Assembly: GCA_963674705.1 (NCBI GenBank)
Contig: OY771506.1
Coordinates: 3,008,001 to 3,072,000, forward strand
Length of the DNA: 64,000 nucleotides
Origin: Phycisphaeraceae bacterium
GTDB lineage: Bacteria; Planctomycetota; Phycisphaerae; Phycisphaerales; Phycisphaeraceae
Reading direction: 5' to 3'
The position numbers were made by a program, and so were the translations under genes. The notes below the pieces were generated by a model. That model worked only from the letters and a program-made list of their open reading frames with translations, made no database searches and was not told the DNA's origin. How positions within the stretch are numbered: the stretch's first letter is position 1; each line of letters begins with the position of its first letter. Of this stretch, positions 58,541-64,000 are shown piece after piece.

Positions 58541-59092
58541 ATGAACCAGACATTCCACGCTACAACGATATTGTCGATCCGCCGGGGTGATTCGGTTGCT
58601 ATTGCTGGGGACGGGCAGGTGACGCTCGGGGACGTCGTCGCGAAGGCGGACGCGGTGAAGGTGCGCAAGCTGGAGAAGGTCGGTGCCGATGGGGCGGGGG
58701 TGCTGGTCGGGTTTGCGGGGGCGGCGGCGGATGCGTTTGCACTTTTAGAACGGTTCGAGACGCACCTGAAGGATTCGCCTGAGAACATCAAGAAGGCGGC
58801 GGTGGAGTTGGCCAAGCAGTGGCGGATGGACCGGGCGCTGCGTCGGCTGGAGAGCCTCTTAATTGTGGCGGACAAGTCCTGCAGCCTGCTGGTCTCGGGG
58901 ACGGGGGACGTGATCGAGCCGACGGACGGCGTACTGGCGATCGGGTCGGGTGGTTCGTATGCCACGGCGGCCGGTCGATCGCTGGTCCGGCATACCGAGA
59001 TGCCCCCGGCCGAGGTCTGCCGGGCGGCCATGGAGGTGGCGGGGGAGCTTTGCATCTACAGCAACACCCACATCACGGTGCTGGAGATCTAG
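58541..59092 (+). CDS. hslV: ATP-dependent protease peptidase subunit HslV
   Basis: HATTIL, AGDGQVT, GFAG..ADA, LRRLE, AIGSGG and CIYSN motifs. Confidence 0.96.
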   Translation: MNQTFHATTILSIRRGDSVAIAGDGQVTLGDVVAKADAVKVRKLEKVGADGAGVLVGFAGAAADAFALLERFETHLKDSPENIKKAAVELAKQWRMDRALRRLESLLIVADKSCSLLVSGTGDVIEPTDGVLAIGSGGSYATAAGRSLVRHTEMPPAEVCRAAMEVAGELCIYSNTHITVLEI

Positions 59093-59107
59093 ATTTCGTA
59101 TAAGAAT

Positions 59108-59201
59108 TCACCGCAGAGATCGCAGAGAACGCAGAGAATACCTATTCAGCCCCGCCCGGGTTAAGGCTTCTGCCTCTGCGCTCTTGGCGTCCTCTGCGGT
59201 G
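59108..59201. repeat. Inverted nonamer tracts (CGCAGAGAx)n ... (CTCTGCG)n
   Basis: CACCGCAGAGATCGCAGAGAACGCAGAGA ... CTCTGCGCTCTTGGCGTCCTCTGCGGTG. Confidence 0.7.
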
Positions 59202-59286
59202 GGATTGAAATCGGGTTTTTGATTCAGTGAACCATCCGGCTTGATCGTTACGGCGAACCGGCTAAACTGTCCGGTCTCGACACACA

Positions 59287-59370
59287 GCCCGTGTGGCGGA
59301 ATTGGCAGACGCGCTGTCTTCAGGTGGCAGTTCCGGCAACGGAGTACAGGTTCGAATCCTGTCACGGGCA
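59287..59370 (+). tRNA. tRNA-Leu(CAG), CCA not encoded
   Basis: Acceptor stem GCCCGTG/CACGGGC; D-arm GGCGGAATTGGCAGACGC; anticodon loop TTCAGGT; long variable arm; T-loop GGTTCGAATCC. Confidence 0.96.
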
Positions 59371-59372
59371 TC

Positions 59373-59398
59373 AAGCACCCATTTGGGTGCTTTTTTTA
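59373..59398 (+). terminator. Terminator after the tRNA
   Basis: AAGCACCCA-TT-TGGGTGCTT followed by a T-tract. Confidence 0.85.
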
Positions 59399-59445
59399 TT
59401 TCCATATACTATTGGCATTACTAGTAGTTATATCAAATAAGACAT

Positions 59446-59502
59446 GCCTGCATAAAGCCTGCATAAATCCATTTCTTGAATGCCTGCTATTTGCCTGCTA
59501 TT
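59446..59502 (+). promoter_or_regulatory. Two pairs of 11-bp direct repeats, putative integrase arm-type sites
   Basis: GCCTGCATAAA x2 (59446-59467) and TGCCTGCTATT x2 (59481-59502). Confidence 0.55.
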
Positions 59503-59538
59503 CTGAGCATGTATCAGCCGCAAAAAATGGGGGCGCGC

Positions 59539-61002
59539 ATGGCACGAGCGACCAAAACCGGCAAATTGCTGAGCTTCAATACATCCCGAAAATGCTGGTG
59601 CAAGAATTATCAGGACGAGTACGGCAAGCGCAAAACCGCATACTTCGGACGGGGTGCCAGTTCTCGAGACACGAAGAGTTATGACGCGGCACTTGAAAAA
59701 TACCATCCTTGGAAACGCGAACTTGAGGCCCGTCGGCAGCTGGTAAAGATACGAATTATTCACAAGGCGGTACTCGAGGGGAAGCTGCCAGTTTCAGCAT
59801 TGGGTAATTCGCCCTGGGCGGCAGGCTTAGTCGCGGGTTGGCGGCTACTCGGGCAAGTCACCGATGAGGACTATTTTGATCGCGGACGTCTGGACACGGG
59901 CGAAATCGTCGAAGGCAGTGAATCGGAATGGGTCGAGGTTGAGCTTAATAAGTCGCTGCCTGAGCCTGACCTTGAGGCAATAAAGGCCAAGCTAACGACA
60001 AAGGCGAGCAAGCCACCGAGGCCGCGCACCAACACCATACAGGATCATGTCGATGCATGGCTCGCCAGCGAGGAAGCTAAGCATAAGGCCAATCCCAAGG
60101 ATTTATCCACCTCGGCTTTGCGGGACAAGCGGCAGGGGATCAAGACGTTTTCAGAGACCGACTTCGACTGTTTCGGGGCTGGTACAAAACGCTTCGGTTC
60201 GCCTGCTAAGGTCGATCAGCTCTGCCTCGATTACAAAGCGTGGCTACTCGAGCGTATGCTGGATAAAGAATCGAAAATAAATAAGCCTAACACCGTCAAC
60301 GATAAGACCAAGTTTGCTAAGCAATTTCTCGAATGGTGTTGGACTCGCGGCATACTGAAAGATATTCCTCGTACGCTCAAGGAAATGGCTAAACGGCTTT
60401 ATGTCAAACGTGGTGGCGAACCGCTCGAACTCGACACGCTGCGCAAGTTATGGGATGTGGCTGGTTCCCGCATGAAATGCTATATGCTGCTCGGACTCAA
60501 CTGTGCTTTTAAACCCGGTGACATTACTGCGATTACCGGCGACATGATCCAGAGCAACAGGTTGATCGGTACACGTAAGAAAACTGAAAAGCATATGGTC
60601 CCAATGAACTATCCATTGTGGCCGAGTACATTAAAGATGCTCAAGCTCGAACGCGATCGCAAAGGCGATAAAGAGTTATTATTTGTGAATACTCAGGGCA
60701 ACCGGATTACAACGAGCACTTTCAGTAGCCTGTTCCGTAAGGTCGCTGACAAGGCGGGGGTAAAAGCTAAGTTTGAGCAGCTACGAGACACAAGTGCCCA
60801 ATTGGTTGCGAATGAGCTTATGCAGAACGGGTACGACCTCGCTTACAAGCAAATATTTATTGCACATAAAGACTCGAGCACCGCATCATATTACCTCGAT
60901 GACGACCCGAAGCACCTTAAGACTCCGCACCTCGATAAGATCGTATTAGGGCTTGAGAAAACCTATGGGCTCAAGCTGCCCAAGCCCGAACCCAAGAAGT
61001 AA
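59539..61002 (+). CDS. Tyrosine recombinase/integrase
   Basis: N-terminal arm-binding-like WCK...GK...YFG; SAM-like middle; LLGLNCAFKPGDI, RKKT, FEQLRDT and IAHK...ASYY. Confidence 0.82.
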   Translation: MARATKTGKLLSFNTSRKCWCKNYQDEYGKRKTAYFGRGASSRDTKSYDAALEKYHPWKRELEARRQLVKIRIIHKAVLEGKLPVSALGNSPWAAGLVAGWRLLGQVTDEDYFDRGRLDTGEIVEGSESEWVEVELNKSLPEPDLEAIKAKLTTKASKPPRPRTNTIQDHVDAWLASEEAKHKANPKDLSTSALRDKRQGIKTFSETDFDCFGAGTKRFGSPAKVDQLCLDYKAWLLERMLDKESKINKPNTVNDKTKFAKQFLEWCWTRGILKDIPRTLKEMAKRLYVKRGGEPLELDTLRKLWDVAGSRMKCYMLLGLNCAFKPGDITAITGDMIQSNRLIGTRKKTEKHMVPMNYPLWPSTLKMLKLERDRKGDKELLFVNTQGNRITTSTFSSLFRKVADKAGVKAKFEQLRDTSAQLVANELMQNGYDLAYKQIFIAHKDSSTASYYLDDDPKHLKTPHLDKIVLGLEKTYGLKLPKPEPKK

Positions 61003-61076
61003 CAACGCCCCCACTAGCACGAGGCCGGCGGGAGCGCTTCCGGGGGCTGATTTGTCTACCCATATTATCTCTTCGG

Positions 61077-61607
61077 CTAGGCCGATTTGAAGGCCGAAGG
61101 TCTAAAAAGCGGTCGGATATAGAAAGTCGAGCGATACCCCGGCAAATTCTTGAGCGAGTACGGACGGTCGGGGTCATACTTTGCTTCAGGCACCGGCAAC
61201 CGTCCCACGGTATCGTACGCGTTCACATTTGGTTGATGCGGCACGAAACGATCGAGGTCATCTATCATGCATGCTATGGCCTGCACTTGCTCAGGGTGCC
61301 ATTCACCTCGGATAGCCTGACACGTGAAATACAACGGAAGGTGCGTTGTACCTTGTGGGAGTCTGTATGGCACGTGATAAAGTGTACACTTCGCGATGGT
61401 GTCATTACGGAGCAAAGCACCATGTTTGACGTATTCGTCAAGCCTCTCCTGGACGTACTTGAATTGCTGGCGGAATGGAATTCGACCGTAATAGACCGCT
61501 CGGGCGAATTGATAAGACGAGAAATAATCACGATCTCGCATCAGATCCAGCACAACATCAAAGAGTTTCAGGCGATCAGGCCTACGATTTCTTACAAATG
61601 AGTTCAT
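61077..61607 (-). CDS. Hypothetical protein, possible N-terminal winged helix
   Basis: 176-aa ORF downstream of the primase; three helices then G.L.R......LY. Confidence 0.6.
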   Translation of the reverse strand: MNSFVRNRRPDRLKLFDVVLDLMRDRDYFSSYQFARAVYYGRIPFRQQFKYVQERLDEYVKHGALLRNDTIAKCTLYHVPYRLPQGTTHLPLYFTCQAIRGEWHPEQVQAIACMIDDLDRFVPHQPNVNAYDTVGRLPVPEAKYDPDRPYSLKNLPGYRSTFYIRPLFRPSAFKSA

Positions 61608-61706
61608 ATTAAACTTTGCGCTTTTTTGCGCGGTTAAGGTTCATGACTCTTGCCTCGGTCGACATTGACCGACTGCAAGGGTCGGGATAAATAAGTTGGT
61701 TCAGTA

Positions 61707-63926
61707 TCAGGCGGACCATTTCTTAATCGGGTGATGTATCGAGTTGCAGCTAGGGTATGTCGCCCGCTTAATCGTTAAACCGGTCCAGCCGTTGTCGTTG
61801 CCATTGGGGCCGCGGCCATATCGTTCGCGCAGATTCAACACCGTGTTCAGGTACTTCGAGACGGTCTGCTTCTTCTTCGGCTCAATGCCCTGGATCTCGG
61901 CCCACTGCTTGTAGTAGGCGTACACGTCGGCGCTGTAAATGAAGTCGCCTCTGCCCGATTCGTCGGGATGAACTGTGACATAGGCACCTGTCCACTCGGC
62001 CAACGGGTCGGAGTCAACCTGGTAGTTGTCGGTGACGGTCTGCGCCGCGGTCGGCATGCTGTCGAGTGCCTTTGGATTGCTTGCATAGCGCTGAGCACCG
62101 CGGACTAACCACGCTAACACACCCGCTCGCTCTTCACGGAGTTTGTCCAGTAATTGCCGATCCTGCTTTTCAACAGGGATCTTGTTCTCGAAGGGGATCG
62201 GCCGCATCCGTCTGAAGGTGCCGGCGTCGTTATCAGTGATCAATGGCAAGTGGTTGCTACATAGCCAAAGCGTGTGTGTCGCGTCGAAGTGGACATCGTC
62301 CTTGTGCTTGACTTCTGCGCTTAGCTTCCGTTTGGTCGTGATCTCCTTGACGGTGGCGGCGTTTAGTACAGAGCCTTCATCGGTCTCAGGTATCAGCGCC
62401 ATCCTGCGTCCCTTCAGGTTGACCTTCTGGAATCGGTTCTCGTCACTGTTCCAGGTGCGCGTTGCCAGGGCTTTGGAGACTTGTGTGCCGTACTCGCCAA
62501 GGATTTCCTCCTGGATAAACTCTACGAGGGTGCTCTTGCCGCAGCCGGCGGCACCGATCAGGATAAAGAAGACTTGCGCTTCAACCGTACCGAGGCAGGA
62601 ATAGCCCAATGCGAGCTGGACATACTTTTCGATGTCTGACCGGCGGTCGCCCTCTACAGTAGCGCAGACCTCTTTGAGGAATTGCATGAAGCACGGGCAG
62701 ACGGCATCGGGATCGTACTCGATATCAACCAGTCGGCTGTGCATCGCCTTCGGATCATGCTGCTTAAGTTTACCGCTACGCAGATCAAGAATCCCATTCG
62801 CCAGGTTCAACTCATCCGGTCGCGCATCAAACTCTGCGGCTAACACCTTGGCGTGCTTCGCCGCGAGCGCGAGGACGTTGCGGCACTTGTTGTGGTTGTC
62901 GAGGCTTGTCACAAACGCCCGGAACATCTGTCGTGCGGTCTTACCACGAAACGGTAACTTGTCGTCACCCTTGCTTTTCATTGCGTCACGCTGAAGCTTA
63001 GCAAGGTCCGCCTGTATTTCAGGATCGTTGATGTCATCGCCGGGGACCATGACGATATCAGGCACGAGGTTAGCGAAGGCCTTCAGCTCGCTGTTGAGGA
63101 ACTGGTCCCAGTACTGGGTGTAAACACGATCAACATCGTCGCGCTGCCAGCGTTTCTCGTCCCAACAGTACCATGCCTCTTCTTCGACGCAGTAGCACAG
63201 TTCGTCGCCGAACGAGGTGATGAAGAACCGGGCCGCCCAGCCCTCGGTGGTCTTCCATGAAGCGCCAGAACCTTCCGTAGTCATTAAGGGATTGTCTGCC
63301 AGACCGCTGAGCAGCCTTCCAGCCAGTTCTGATATTCTTCGGATAGCTCCCAGGTCACAGACCACCGCGCCAGTGATGAGGACGAAGCCTGCATCCGAAT
63401 TGATCTCGGGGATTATCGTTGACACATCAATATCGTCGTAGGGGCCGGGTTCATCGTTATCCTCGTCAGGTGGTCGGCCCTTCACGATTGTTAATAGTTT
63501 CTTATCGCTTGTCTTCTCTGTGTAGCTGTTGAAGAAGAGGATCCAGTCGCGACGGTTTGGCGGGCTAACTTCTCCATCGGGTTTGACGATGGCCGGCCAT
63601 TCGATTGCTGTGTAGCCGTGGTCTTTACTAAGCGCAAAGCCGAGTCGGCAACCGGCGCTATCGTCTAACAGTTCTACCGCCTCGTTGAAGCTCAGCCATG
63701 TACTCGGTTGATCGGTATACGCTTGCTCACCGTCGTGCCCGAAGATGAACGGTTCGGTCGCGTTGGGATTATCCTGGAGTATTACCCAAGCGTTCAGCTC
63801 CTTCAGTTCTGCAGGGACGTGTTCGATGAGTCGGCGGATACGTTCCGTGTCGGTCGATGAAGGGGCGGGTATTGCTGTGTCTGTGGCGGGGGCGTGGGTG
63901 AAGTCTATGACTAGGGTTTCTGACAT
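61707..63926 (-). CDS. Phage/plasmid primase, P4/D5 family (prim-pol-like N-domain + D5_N + SF3 helicase)
   Basis: LNLANGILDL.SG.L..H.P; Walker A GAAGCGKST; Walker B ALIPE; motif C SNHLP; arginine finger FRR..IPF. Confidence 0.9.
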   Translation of the reverse strand: MSETLVIDFTHAPATDTAIPAPSSTDTERIRRLIEHVPAELKELNAWVILQDNPNATEPFIFGHDGEQAYTDQPSTWLSFNEAVELLDDSAGCRLGFALSKDHGYTAIEWPAIVKPDGEVSPPNRRDWILFFNSYTEKTSDKKLLTIVKGRPPDEDNDEPGPYDDIDVSTIIPEINSDAGFVLITGAVVCDLGAIRRISELAGRLLSGLADNPLMTTEGSGASWKTTEGWAARFFITSFGDELCYCVEEEAWYCWDEKRWQRDDVDRVYTQYWDQFLNSELKAFANLVPDIVMVPGDDINDPEIQADLAKLQRDAMKSKGDDKLPFRGKTARQMFRAFVTSLDNHNKCRNVLALAAKHAKVLAAEFDARPDELNLANGILDLRSGKLKQHDPKAMHSRLVDIEYDPDAVCPCFMQFLKEVCATVEGDRRSDIEKYVQLALGYSCLGTVEAQVFFILIGAAGCGKSTLVEFIQEEILGEYGTQVSKALATRTWNSDENRFQKVNLKGRRMALIPETDEGSVLNAATVKEITTKRKLSAEVKHKDDVHFDATHTLWLCSNHLPLITDNDAGTFRRMRPIPFENKIPVEKQDRQLLDKLREERAGVLAWLVRGAQRYASNPKALDSMPTAAQTVTDNYQVDSDPLAEWTGAYVTVHPDESGRGDFIYSADVYAYYKQWAEIQGIEPKKKQTVSKYLNTVLNLRERYGRGPNGNDNGWTGLTIKRATYPSCNSIHHPIKKWSA

Positions 63927-64000
63927 TCTTCAAGATCCGTCGGCGCAGGGGATACCTGCTTCTGCGGGCGCGGCGGCAGCCTGGGATCGGGGGCGCGAAT

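Larger units (their letters stand above)
59350..64000. mobile_element. tRNA-Leu-integrated element (phage-satellite/integrative-plasmid-like), left part only
   Basis: Integrase next to the tRNA 3' end, a composition shift, and a primase/SF3 helicase gene. The left boundary is approximate and the right end is outside the window. Confidence 0.8.

Overview
GC-rich bacterial chromosomal segment, most likely from a planctomycete of the class Phycisphaerae. This is inferred from PEP-CTERM proteins with dockerin-like repeats, Minf_1886-like and DUF1844-like genes, and a dcw fragment without ftsZ or mur genes. Most of the window is housekeeping and envelope genes: tatC, queA, proA, cdaA with a cdaR-like gene, sppA, ispD, ispH, an Sdh1-type sdh operon, gcvT, rsmH-LysM-ftsL-ftsI and hslV. 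Three intact-looking IS elements (IS3, IS630, IS5) each carry an A7G -1 frameshift site. The intergenic spaces hold many small repeats. One composite ~120-180 bp element has six copies, heptamer tails, and hosts two of the three IS insertions; there are also BoxC-like, GTAG-type and nonamer repeats. One 27-bp palindrome pair brackets a lone AT-rich gene. The right end is the start of an element integrated at tRNA-Leu(CAG), with putative arm-type sites, a tyrosine integrase with non-canonical catalytic motifs, and a primase-SF3 helicase whose primase-polymerase active site looks degenerate. All calls are by-eye motif recognition; no database searches were run.
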